From assembly GCF_009914755.1 (NCBI RefSeq), contig NC_060925.1: a stretch of DNA of 64,000 nt, one strand, 5' to 3'. Position 1 is the stretch's first letter. Every line of letters begins with the position of its first letter. This document shows positions 13,750 through 28,700 of this stretch, piece after piece. The position numbers were made by a program, and so were the translations under genes. This stretch comes from the human T2T-CHM13v2.0 reference genome, Homo sapiens. Below the pieces are notes generated by a model, which was not told the origin of the DNA, made no database searches, and saw only the letters and a list, made by a program, of their open reading frames with translations.

Positions 13750-16700
13750 AATCCTCATTGAATGGAAATGAAAGGGGTCATCATCTAATGGAATCGCATG
13801 GAATCATCATCAAATGGAATCAAATGGAATCATCATCAAATGGAATCTAATGGAATCATTGAACAGAATTGAATGGAATCGTCATCGAATGAATTGAATG
13901 CAATCATCGAATGGTCTCGAATGGAATCATCTTCTAATGGAAAGGAATGGAATCATCGCATAGAATCGAATGGAATTATCATCGAATGGAATCGAATGGT
14001 ATCAACACCAAACGGAAAAAAACGGAATTATCGAATGGAATCGAAGAGAATCTTCGAACGGACCCGAATGGAATCATCTAATGGAATGGAATGGAATAAT
14101 CCATGGACTCGAATGCAATCATCATCGAATGGAATGGAATGGAATCATCGAATGGACTCGAATGGAATAATCATTGAACGGAATCGAATGGAATCATCAT
14201 CGGATGGAAACGAATGGAATCATCATCGAATGGAAATGAAAGGAGTCATCATCTAATGGAATTGCATGGAATCATCATAAAATGGAATCGAATGGAATCA
14301 ACATCAAATGGAATCAAATGGAATCATTGAACGGAATTGAATGGAATCGTCATCGAATGAATTGACTGCAATCATCGAATGGTCTCGAATGGAATCATCT
14401 TCAAATGGAATGGAATGGAATCATCGCATAGAATCGAATGGAATTATCATCGAATGGAATCGAATGGAATCAACATCAAACGGAAAAAAACGGAATTATC
14501 GAATGGAATCGAAGAGAATCATCGAATGGACCCGAATGGAATCATCTAATGGAATGGAATGGAATAATCCATGGACTCGAATGCAATCATCATCGAATGG
14601 AATCGAATGGAATCATCGAATGGACTCGAATGGAATAATCATTGAACGGAATCGAATGGAATCATCATCGGATGGAAATGAATGGAATCATCATCGAATG
14701 GAATTGAATAGAATTATGGAATGAAATCCAGTGTGATCATCATCGAATGGACCCGAATGGAATCATCATCCAACGGAAGCTAATGGAATCAACATCGAAT
14801 GAATCGAATGGAAACACCATCGAATTGAAACGAATGGAATTATCATGAAATTGAAATGGATGGACTCATCATCGAATGGATTCGAATGGAATCATCGAAT
14901 AAAATTGATTGAAATCATCATCGAATGGAATCGAATGGTGTCATTGAATGGAATCGAATGGAATCATCATCAGATGGAAATGAATGGAATCGTCATAGAA
15001 TGGAATCGAATGGATTCATTGAATGGAATCAGATGGAATCATCGAATGGACTGGAATGGAATCATTGAATGGACTCGAAAGGGATCATGATTGAATGGAA
15101 TTGAATGGAATCATCGAATGGTCTCGATTGGAATCATTATCAAATGGAATCGAATGGAATCACCGAATAGAATCGAATGGAACAATCATCCAATGGACTC
15201 AAATGGAATTATCCTCAAATGGAATCGAATGGAATTATCGAATGCAATCGAATGGAATTATCGAATGCAATCGAATAGAATCATCAAAAGGACTCGAATG
15301 GAATCATCGAATGGAATGGAATGGAACAGTCAATGAACTCGAATGGAATCATCATTGAATGGAATCGAATGGAATCATCGAGTGGAATCGAATGGCATTA
15401 TGATCAAATGGAATCGAATGTAATCATCATCAAATGGGATCAAAAATAACCATCATCAATTGGTATTGAATGGAATTGTCATCAAATGGAATTCAAAGGA
15501 ATCATCATCAAATGGAACCGAATGGAATCCTCATTGAATGGAAATGAAAGGGGTCATCATCTAATGGAATCGCATGGAATCATCATCAAATGGAATCGAA
15601 TGGAATCATCATCAAATGGAATCTAATGGAATCATTGAACAGAATTGAATGGAATCGTCATCGAATGAATTGAATGCAATCATCGAATGGTCTCGAATGG
15701 AATCATCTTCTAATGGAAAGGAATGGAATCATCGCATAGAATCGAATGGAATTATCATCGAATGGAATCGAATGGTATCAACACCAAACGGAAAAAAACG
15801 GAATTATCGAATGGAATCGAAGAGAATCTTCGAACGGACCCGAATGGAATCATCTAATGGAATGGAATGGAATAATCCATGGACTCGAATGCAATCATCA
15901 TCGAATGGAATGGAATGGAATCATCGAATGGACTCGAATGGAATAATCATTGAACGGAATCAAATGGAATCATCATCGGATGGAAACGAATGGAATCATC
16001 ATCGAATGGAAATGAAAGGAGTCATCATCTAATGGAATTGCATGGAATCATCATAAAATGGAATCGAATGGAATCAACATCAAATGGAATCAAATGGAAT
16101 CATTGAACGGAATTGAATGGAATCGTCATCGAATGAATTGACTGCAATCATCGAATGGTCTCGAATGGAATCATCTTCAAATGGAATGGAATGGAATCAT
16201 CGCATAGAATCGAATGGAATTATCATCGAATGGAATCGAATGGAATCAACATCAAACGGAAAAAAACGGAATTATCGAATGGAATCGAAGAGAATCATCG
16301 AATGGACCCGAATGGAATCATCTAATGGAATGGAATGGAATAATCCATGGACTCGAATGCAATCATCATCGAATGGAATCGAATGGAATCATCGAATGGA
16401 CTCGAATGGAATAATCATTGAACGGAATCGAATGGAATCATCATCGGATGGAAATGAATGGAATCATCATCGAATGGAATCGAATAGAATTATGGAATGA
16501 AATCCAGTGTGATCATCATCGAATGGACCCGAATGGAATCATCATCCAACGGAAGCTAATGGAATCAACATCGAATGAATCGAATGGAAACACCATCGAA
16601 TTGAAACGAATGGAATTATCATGAAATTGAAATGGATGGACTCATCATCGAATGGATTCGAATGGAATCATCGAATAAAATTGATTGAAATCATCATCGA

Positions 16701-19700
16701 ATGGAATCGAATGGTGTCATTGAATGGAATCGAATGGAATCATCATCAGATGGAAATGAATGGAATCGTCATAGAATGGAATCGAATGGATTCATTGAAT
16801 GGAATCAGATGGAATCATCGAATGGACTGGAATGGAATCATTGAATGGACTCGAAAGGGATCATGATTGAATGGAATTGAATGGAATCATCGAATGGTCT
16901 CGATTGGAATCATTATCAAATGGAATCGAATGGAATCACCGAATAGAATCGAATGGAACAATCATCGAATGGACTCAAATGGAATTATCCTCAAATGGAA
17001 TCGAATGGAATTATCGAATGCAATCGAATGGAATTATCGAATGCAATCGAATAGAATCATCAAAAGGACTCGAATGGAATCATCGAATGGAATGGAATGG
17101 AACAGTCAATGAACTCGAATGGAATCATCATTGAATGGAATCGAATGGAATCATCGAGTGGAATCGAATGGCATTATGATCAAATGGAATCGAATGTAAT
17201 CATCATCAAATGGGATCAAAAATAACCATCATCAATTGGTATTGAATGGAATTGTCATCAAATGGAATTCAAAGGAATCATCATCAAATGGAACCGAATG
17301 GAATCCTCATTGAATGGAAATGAAAGGGGTCATCATCTAATGGAATCGCATGGAATCATCATCAAATGGAATCGAATGGAATCATCATCAAATGGAATCT
17401 AATGGAATCATTGAACAGAATTGAATGGAATCGTCATCGAATGAATTGAATGCAATCATCGAATGGTCTCGAATGGAATCATCTTCTAATGGAAAGGAAT
17501 GGAATCATCGCATAGAATCGAATGGAATTATCATCGAATGGAATCGAATGGTATCAACACCAAACGGAAAAAAACGGAATTATCGAATGGAATCGAAGAG
17601 AATCTTCGAACGGACCCGAATGGAATCATCTAATGGAATGGAATGGAATAATCCATGGACTCGAATGCAATCATCATCGAATGGAATGGAATGGAATCAT
17701 CGAATGGACTCGAATGGAATAATCATTGAACGGAATCAAATGGAATCATCATCGGATGGAAACGAATGGAATCATCATCGAATGGAAATGAAAGGAGTCA
17801 TCATCTAATGGAATTGCATGGAATCATCATAAAATGGAATCGAATGGAATCAACATCAAATGGAATCAAATGGAATCATTGAACGGAATTGAATGGAATC
17901 GTCATCGAATGAATTGACTGCAATCATCGAATGTTCTCGAATGGAATCATCTTCAAATGGAATGGAATGGAATCATCGCATAGAATCGAATGGAATTATC
18001 ATCGAATGGAATCGAATGGAATCAACATCAAACGGAAAAAAACGGAATTATCGTATGGAATCGAAGAGAATCATCGAATGGACCCGAATGGAATCATCTA
18101 ATGGAATGGAATGGAATAATCCATGGACTCGAATGCAATCATCATCGAATGAAATCGAATGGAATCATCGAATGGACTCGAATGGAATAATCATTGAACG
18201 GAATCGAATGGAATCATCATCGGATGGAAATGAATGGAATCATCATCGAATGGAATCGAATAGAATTATGGAATGAAATCCAGTGTGATCATCATCGAAT
18301 GGACCCGAATGGAATCATCATCCAACGGAAGCTAATGGAATCAACATCGAATGAATCGAATGGAAACACCATCGAATTGAAACGAATGGAATTATCATGA
18401 AATTGAAATGGATGGACTCATCATCGAATGGATTCGAATGGAATCATCGAATAAAATTGATTGAAATCATCATCAAATGGAATCGAATGGTGTCATTGAA
18501 TGGAATCGAATGGAATCATCATCAGATGGAAATGAATGGAATCGTCATAGAATGGAATCGAATGGATTCATTGAATGGAATCAGATGGAATCATCGAATG
18601 GACTGGAATGGAATCATTGAATGGACTCGAAAGGGATCATGATTGAATGGAATTGAATGGAAACATCGAATGGTCTCGATTGGAATCATTACCAAATGGA
18701 ATCGAATGGAATCACCGAATAGAATCGAATGGAACAATCATCGAATGGACTCAAATGGAATTATCCTCCAATGGAATCGAATGGAATTATCGAATGCAAT
18801 CGAATGGAATTATCGAATGCAATCGAATAGAATCATCGAATGGACTCGAATGGAATCATCGAATGGAATGGAATGGAACAGTCAATGAACTCGAATGGAA
18901 TCATCATTGAATGGAATCGAATGGAATCATCGAGTGGAATCGAATGGAATTATGATCAAATGGAATCGAATGTAATCATCATCAAATGGAATCAAAAATA
19001 ACCATCATCAATTGGTATTGAATGGAATTGTCATCAAATGGAATTCAAAGGAATCATCATCAAATGGAACCGAATGGAATCCTCATTGAATGGAAATGAA
19101 AGGGGTCATCATCTAATGGAATCGCATGGAATCATCATCAAATGGAATCGAATGGAATCATCATCAAATGGAATCTAATGGAATCATTGAACAGAATTGA
19201 ATGGAATCGTCATCGAATGAATTGAATGCAATCATCGAATGGTCTCGAATGGAATCATCTTCTAATGGAAAGGAATGGAATCATCGCATAGAATCGAATG
19301 GAATTATCATCGAATGGAATCGAATGGTATCAACACCAAACGGAAAAAAACGGAATTATCGAATGGAATCGAAGAGAATCTTCGAACGGACCCGAATGGA
19401 ATCATCTAATGGAATGGAATGGAATAATCCATGGACTCGAATGCAATCATCATCGAATGGAATCGAATGGAATCATCGAATGGACTCGAATGGAATAATC
19501 ATTGAACAGAATCGAATGGAATCATCATCGGATGGAAATGAATGGAATCATCATCGAATGGAAATGAAAGGAGTCATCATCTAATGGAATTGCATGGAAT
19601 CATCATAAAATGGAATCGAATGGAATCAACATCAAATGGAATCAAATGGAATCATTGAACGGAATTGAATGGAATCGTCATCGAATGAATTGACTGCAAT

Positions 19701-22700
19701 CATCGAATGGTCTCGAATGGAATCATCTTCAAATGGAATGGAATGGAATCATCGCATAGAATCGAATGGAATTATCATCGAATGGAATCGAATGGAATCA
19801 ACATCAAACGAAAAAAACGGAATTATCGAATGGAATCGAAGAGAATCATCGAATGGACCCGAATGGAATCATCTAATGGAATGGAATGGAATAATCCATG
19901 GACTCGAATGCAATCATCATCGAATGGAATCGAATGGAATCATCGAATGGACTCGAATGGAATAATCATTGAACGGAATCGAATGGAATCATCATCGGAT
20001 GGAAATGAATGGAATCATCATCGAATGGAATCGAATAGAATTATGGAATGAAATCCAGTGTGATCATCATCGAATGGACCCGAATGGAATCATCATCCAA
20101 CGGAAGCTAATGGAATCAACATCGAATGAATCGAATGGAAACACCATCGAATTGAAACGAATGGAATTATCATGAAATTGAAATGGATGGACTCATCATC
20201 GAATGGATTCGAATGGAATCATCGAATAAAATTGATTGAAATCATCATCCAATGGAATCGAATGGTATCATTGAATGGAATCGAATGGAATCATCATCAG
20301 ATGGAAATGAATGGAATCGTCATAGAATGGAATCGAATGGATTCATTGAATGGAATCAGATGGAATCATCGAATGGACTGGAATGGAATCATTGAATGGA
20401 CTCGAAAGGGATCATTATTGAATGGAATTGAATGGAATCATCGAATGGTCTCGATTGGAATCATTATCAAATGGAATCGAATGGAATCACCGAATAGAAT
20501 CGAATGGAACAATCATCGAATGGACTCAAATGGAATTATCCTCCAATGGAATCGAATGGAATTATCGAATGCAATCGAATGGAATTATCGAATGCAATCG
20601 AATAGAATCATCGAATGGACTCGAATGGAATCATCGAATGGAATGGAATGGAACAGTCAATGAACTCGAATGGAATCATCATTGAATGGAATCGAATGGA
20701 ATCATCGAGTGGAATCGAATGGAATTATGATCAAATGGAATCGAATGTAATCATCATCAAATGGAATCAAAAATAACCATCATCAATTGGTATTGAATGG
20801 AATTGTCATCAAATGGAATTCAAAGGAATCATCATCAAATGGAACCGAATGGAATCCTCATTGAATGGAAATGAAAGGGGTCATCATCTAATGGAATCGC
20901 ATGGAATCATCATCAAATGGAATCGAATGGAATCATCATCAAATGGAATCTAATGGAATCATTGAACAGAATTGAATGGAATCGTCATCGAATGAATTGA
21001 ATGCAATCATCGAATGGTCTCGAATGGAATCATCTTCTAATGGAAAGGAATGGAATCATCGCATAAAATCGAATGGAATTATCATCGAATGGAATCGAAT
21101 GGTATCAACACCAAACGGAAAAAAACGGAATTATCGAATGGAATCGAAGAGAATCTTCGAACGGACCCGAATGGAATCATCTAATGGAATGGAATGGAAT
21201 AATCCATGGACTCGAATGCAATCATCATCGAATGGAATGGAATGGAATCATCGAATGGACTCGAATGGAATAATCATTGAACGGAATCGAATGGAATCAT
21301 CATCGGATGGAAACGAATGGAATCATCATCGAATGGAAATGAAAGGAGTCATCATCTAATGGAATTGCATGGAATCATCATAAAATGGAATCGAATGGAA
21401 TCAACATCAAATGGAATCAAATGGAATCATTGAACGGAATTGAATGGAATCGTCATCGAATGAATTGACTGCAATCATCGAATGGTCTCGAATGGAATCA
21501 TCTTCAAATGGAATGGAATGGAATCATCGCATAGAATCGAATGGAATTATCATCGAATGGAATCGAATGGAATCAACATCAAACGGAAAAAAACGGAATT
21601 ATCGAATGGAATCGAAGAGAATCATCGAATGGACCCGAATGGAATCATCTAATGGAATGGAATGGAATAATCCATGGACTCGAATGCAATCATCATCGAA
21701 TGGAATCGAATGGAATCATCGAATGGACTCGAATGGAATAATCATTGAACGGAATCGAATGGAATCATCATCGGATGGAAATGAATGGAATCATCATCGA
21801 ATGGAATCGAATAGAATTATGGAATGAAATCCAGTGTGATCATCATCGAATGGACCCGAATGGAATCATCATCCAACGGAAGCTAATGGAATCAACATCG
21901 AATGAATCGAATGGAAACACAATCGAACTGAAACGAATGGAATTATCATGAAATTGAAATGGATGGACTCATCATCGAATGGATTCGAATGGAATCATCG
22001 AATAAAATTGATTGAAATCATCATCCAATGGAATCGAATGGTATCATTGAATGGAATCGAATGGAATCATCATCAGATGGAAATGAATGGAATCGTCATA
22101 GAATGGAATCGAATGGATTCATTGAATGGAATCAGATGGAATCATCGAATGGACTGGAATGGAATCATTGAATGGACTCGAAAGGGATCATGATTGAATG
22201 GAATTGAATGGAATCATCGAATGGTCTCGATTGGAATCATTATCAAATGGAATCGAATGGAATCACCGAATAGAATCGAATGGAACAATCATCGAATGGA
22301 CTCAAATGGAATTATCCTCCAATGGAATCGAATAGAATTATCGAATGCAATCGAATGGAATTATCGAATGCAATCGAATAGAATCATCGAATGGACTCGA
22401 ATGGAATCATCGAATGGAATGGAATGGAACAGTCAATGAACTCGAATGGAATCATCATTGAATGGAATCGAATGGAATCATCGAGTGGAATCGAATGGAA
22501 TTATGATCAAATGGAATCGAATGTAATCATCATCAAATGGAATCAAAAATAACCATCATCAATTGGTATTGAATGGAATTGTCATCAAATGGAATTCAAA
22601 GGAATCATCATCAAATGGAACCGAATGGAATCCTCATTGAATGGAAATGAAAGGGGTCATCATCTAATGGAATCGCATGGAATCATCATCAAATGGAATC

Positions 22701-25700
22701 AAATGGAATCATCATCAAATGGAATCTAATGGAATCATTGAACAGAATTGAATGGAATCGTCATCGAATGAATTGAATGCAATCATCGAATGGTCTCGAA
22801 TGGAATCATCTTCTAATGGAAAGGAATGGAATCATCGCATAGAATCGAATGGAATTATCATCGAATGGAATCGAATGGTATCAACACCAAACGGAAAAAA
22901 ACGGAATTATCGAATGGAATCGAAGAGAATCTTCGAACGGACCCGAATGGAATCATCTAATGGAATGGAATGGAATAATCCATGGACTCGAATGCAATCA
23001 TCATCGAATGGAATGGAATGGAATCATCGAATGGACTCGAATGGAATAATCATTGAACGGAATCGAATGGAATCATCATCGGATGGAAACGAATGGAATC
23101 ATCATCGAATGGAAATGAAAGGAGTCATCATCTAATGGAATTGCATGGAATCATCATAAAATGGAATCGAATGGAATCAACATCAAATGGAATCAAATGG
23201 AATCATTGAACGGAATTGAATGGAATCGTCATCGAATGAATTGACTGCAATCATCGAATGGTCTCGAATGGAATCATCTTCAAATGGAATGGAATGGAAT
23301 CATCGCATAGAATCGAATGGAATTATCATCGAATGGAATCGAATGGAATCAACATCAAACGGAAAAAAACGGAATTATCGAATGGAATCGAAGAGAATCA
23401 TCGAATGGACCCGAATGGAATCATCTAATGGAATGGAATGGAATAATCCATGGACTCGAATGCAATCATCATCGAATGGAATCGAATGGAATCATCGAAT
23501 GGACTCGAATGGAATAATCATTGAACGGAATCGAATGGAATCATCATCGGATGGAAATGAATGGAATCATCATCGAATGGAATTGAATAGAATTATGGAA
23601 TGAAATCCAGTGTGATCATCATCGAATGGACCCGAATGGAATCATCATCCAACGGAAGCTAATGGAATCAACATCGAATGAATCGAATGGAAACACCATC
23701 GAATTGAAACGAATGGAATTATCATGAAATTGAAATGGATGGACTCATCATCGAATGGATTCGAATGGAATCATCGAATAAAATTGATTGAAATCATCAT
23801 CGAATGGAATCGAATGGTGTCATTGAATGGAATCGAATGGAATCATCATCAGATGGAAATGAATGGAATCGTCATAGAATGGAATCGAATGGATTCATTG
23901 AATGGAATCAGATGGAATCATCGAATGGACTGGAATGGAATCATTGAATGGACTCGAAAGGGATCATGATTGAATGGAATTGAATGGAATCATCGAATGG
24001 TCTCGATTGGAATCATTATCAAATGGAATCGAATGGAATCACCGAATAGAATCGAATGGAACAATCATCGAATGGACTCAAATGGAATTATCCTCAAATG
24101 GAATCGAATGGAATTATCGAATGCAATCGAATGGAATTATCGAATGCAATCGAATAGAATCATCAAAAGGACTCGAATGGAATCATCGAATGGAATGGAA
24201 TGGAACAGTCAATGAACTCGAATGGAATCATCATTGAATGGAATCGAATGGAATCATCGAGTGGAATCGAATGGCATTATGATCAAATGGAATCGAATGT
24301 AATCATCATCAAATGGGATCAAAAATAACCATCATCAATTGGTATTGAATGGAATTGTCATCAAATGGAATTCAAAGGAATCATCATCAAATGGAACCGA
24401 ATGGAATCCTCATTGAATGGAAATGAAAGGGGTCATCATCTAATGGAATCGCATGGAATCATCATCAAATGGAATCGAATGGAATCATCATCAAATGGAA
24501 TCTAATGGAATCATTGAACAGAATTGAATGGAATCGTCATCGAATGAATTGAATGCAATCATCGAATGGTCTCGAATGGAATCATCTTCTAATGGAAAGG
24601 AATGGAATCATCGCATAGAATCGAATGGAATTATCATCGAATGGAATCGAATGGTATCAACACCAAACGGAAAAAAACGGAATTATCGAATGGAATCGAA
24701 GAGAATCTTCGAACGGACCCGAATGGAATCATCTAATGGAATGGAATGGAATAATCCATGGACTCGAATGCAATCATCATCGAATGGAATGGAATGGAAT
24801 CATCGAATGGACTCGAATGGAATAATCATTGAACGGAATCAAATGGAATCATCATCGGATGGAAACGAATGGAATCATCATCGAATGGAAATGAAAGGAG
24901 TCATCATCTAATGGAATTGCATGGAATCATCATAAAATGGAATCGAATGGAATCAACATCAAATGGAATCAAATGGAATCATTGAACGGAATTGAATGGA
25001 ATCGTCATCGAATGAATTGACTGCAATCATCGAATGGTCTCGAATGGAATCATCTTCAAATGGAATGGAATGGAATCATCGCATAGAATCGAATGGAATT
25101 ATCATCGAATGGAATCGAATGGAATCAACATCAAACGGAAAAAAACGGAATTATCGAATGGAATCGAAGAGAATCATCGAATGGACCCGAATGGAATCAT
25201 CTAATGGAATGGAATGGAATAATCCATGGACTCGAATGCAATCATCATCGAATGGAATCGAATGGAATCATCGAATGGACTCGAATGGAATAATCATTGA
25301 ACGGAATCGAATGGAATCATCATCGGATGGAAATGAATGGAATCATCATCGAATGGAATCGAATAGAATTATGGAATGAAATCCAGTGTGATCATCATCG
25401 AATGGACCCGAATGGAATCATCATCCAACGGAAGCTAATGGAATCAACATCGAATGAATCGAATGGAAACACCATCGAATTGAAACGAATGGAATTATCA
25501 TGAAATTGAAATGGATGGACTCATCATCGAATGGATTCGAATGGAATCATCGAATAAAATTGATTGAAATCATCATCGAATGGAATCGAATGGTGTCATT
25601 GAATGGAATCGAATGGAATCATCATCAGATGGAAATGAATGGAATCGTCATAGAATGGAATCGAATGGATTCATTGAATGGAATCAGATGGAATCATCGA

Positions 25701-28700
25701 ATGGACTGGAATGGAATCATTGAATGGACTCGAAAGGGATCATGATTGAATGGAATTGAATGGAATCATCGAATAGTCTCGATTGGAATCATTATCAAAT
25801 GGAATCGAATGGAATCACCGAATAGAATCGAATGGAACAATCATCGAATGGACTCAAATGGAATTATCCTCAAATGGAATCGAATGGAATTATCGAATGC
25901 AATCGAATGGAATTATCGAATGCAATCGAATAGAATCATCAAAAGGACTCGAATGGAATCATCGAATGGAATGGAATGGAACAGTCAATGAACTCGAATG
26001 GAATCATCATTGAATGGAATCGAATGGAATCATCGAGTGGAATCGAATGGCATTATGATCAAATGGAATCGAATGTAATCATCATCAAATGGGATCAAAA
26101 ATAACCATCATCAATTGGTATTGAATGGAATTGTCATCAAATGGAATTCAAAGGAATCATCATCAAATGGAACCGAATGGAATCCTCATTGAATGGAAAT
26201 GAAAGGGGTCATCATCTAATGGAATCGCATGGAATCATCATCAAATGGAATCGAATGGAATCATCATCAAATGGAATCTAATGGAATCATTGAACAGAAT
26301 TGAATGGAATCGTCATCGAATGAATTGAATGCAATCATCGAATGGTCTCGAATGGAATCATCTTCTAATGGAAAGGAATGGAATCATCGCATAGAATCGA
26401 ATGGAATTATCATCGAATGGAATCGAATGGTATCAACACCAAACGGAAAAAAACGGAATTATCGAATGGAATCGAAGAGAATCTTCGAACGGACCCGAAT
26501 GCAATCATCTAATGGAATGGAATGGAATAATCCATGGACTCGAATGCAATCATCATCGAATGGAATGGAATGGAATCATCGAATGGACTCGAATGGAATA
26601 ATCATTGAACGGAATCAAATGGAATCATCATCGGATGGAAACGAATGGAATCATCATCGAATGGAAATGAAAGGAGTCATCATCTAATGGAATTGCATGG
26701 AATCATCATAAAATGGAATCGAATGGAATCAACATCAAATGGAATCAAATGGAATCATTGAACGGAATTGAATGGAATCGTCATCGAATGAATTGACTGC
26801 AATCATCGAATGTTCTCGAATGGAATCATCTTCAAATGGAATGGAATGGAATCATCGCATAGAATCGAATGGAATTATCATCGAATGGAATCGAATGGAA
26901 TCAACATCAAACGGAAAAAAACGGAATTATCGTATGGAATCGAAGAGAATCATCGAATGGACCCGAATGGAATCATCTAATGGAATGGAATGGAATAATC
27001 CATGGACTCGAATGCAATCATCATCGAATGGAATCGAATGGAATCATCAAATGGACTCGAATGGAATAATCATTGAACGGAATCGAATGGAATCATCATC
27101 GGATGGAAATGAATGGAATCATCATCGAATGGAATCGAATAGAATTATGGAATGAAATCCAGTGTGATCATCATCGAATGGACCCGAATGGAATCATCAT
27201 CCAACGGAAGCTAATGGAATCAACATCGAATGAATCGAATGGAAACACCATCGAATTGAAACGAATGGAATTATCATGAAATTGAAATGGATGGACTCAT
27301 CATCGAATGGATTCGAATGGAATCATCGAATAAAATTGATTGAAATCATCATCAAATGGAATCGAATGGTGTCATTGAATGGAATCGAATGGAATCATCA
27401 TCAGATGGAAATGAATGGAATCGTCATAGAATGGAATCGAATGGATTCATTGAATGGAATCAGATGGAATCATCGAATGGACTGGAATGGAATCATTGAA
27501 TGGACTCGAAAGGGATCATGATTGAATGGAATTGAATGGAAACATCGAATGGTCTCGATTGGAATCATTACCAAATGGAATCGAATGGAATCACCGAATA
27601 GAATCGAATGGAACAATCATCGAATGGACTCAAATGGAATTATCCTCCAATGGAATCGAATGGAATTATCGAATGCAATCGAATGGAATTATCGAATGCA
27701 ATCGAATAGAATCATCGAATGGACTCGAATGGAATCATCGAATGGAATGGAATGGAACAGTCAATGAACTCGAATGGAATCATCATTGAATGGAATCGAA
27801 TGGAATCATCGAGTGGAATCGAATGGAATTATGATCAAATGGAATCGAATGTAATCATCATCAAATGGAATCAAAAATAACCATCATCAATTGGTATTGA
27901 ATGGAATTGTCATCAAATGGAATTCAAAGGAATCATCATCAAATGGAACCGAATGGAATCCTCATTGAATGGAAATGAAAGGGGTCATCATCTAATGGAA
28001 TCGCATGGAATCATCATCAAATGGAATCGAATGGAATCATCATCAAATGGAATCTAATGGAATCATTGAACAGAATTGAATGGAATCGTCATCGAATGAA
28101 TTGAATGCAATCATCGAATGGTCTCGAATGGAATCATCTTCTAATGGAAAGGAATGGAATCATCGCATAGAATCGAATGGAATTATCATCGAATGGAATC
28201 GAATGGTATCAACACCAAACGGAAAAAAACGGAATTATCGAATGGAATCGAAGAGAATCTTCGAACGGACCCGAATGGAATCATCTAATGGAATGGAATG
28301 GAATAATCCATGGACTCGAATGCAATCATCATCGAATGGAATCGAATGGAATCATCGAATGGACTCGAATGGAATAATCATTGAACAGAATCGAATGGAA
28401 TCATCATCGGATGGAAATGAATGGAATCATCATCGAATGGAAATGAAAGGAGTCATCATCTAATGGAATTGCATGGAATCATCATAAAATGGAATCGAAT
28501 GGAATCAACATCAAATGGAATCAAATGGAATCATTGAACGGAATTGAATGGAATCGTCATCGAATGAATTGACTGCAATCATCGAATGGTCTCGAATGGA
28601 ATCATCTTCAAATGGAATGGAATGGAATCATCGCATAGAATCGAATGGAATTATCATCGAATGGAATCGAATGGAATCAACATCAAACGAAAAAAACGGA

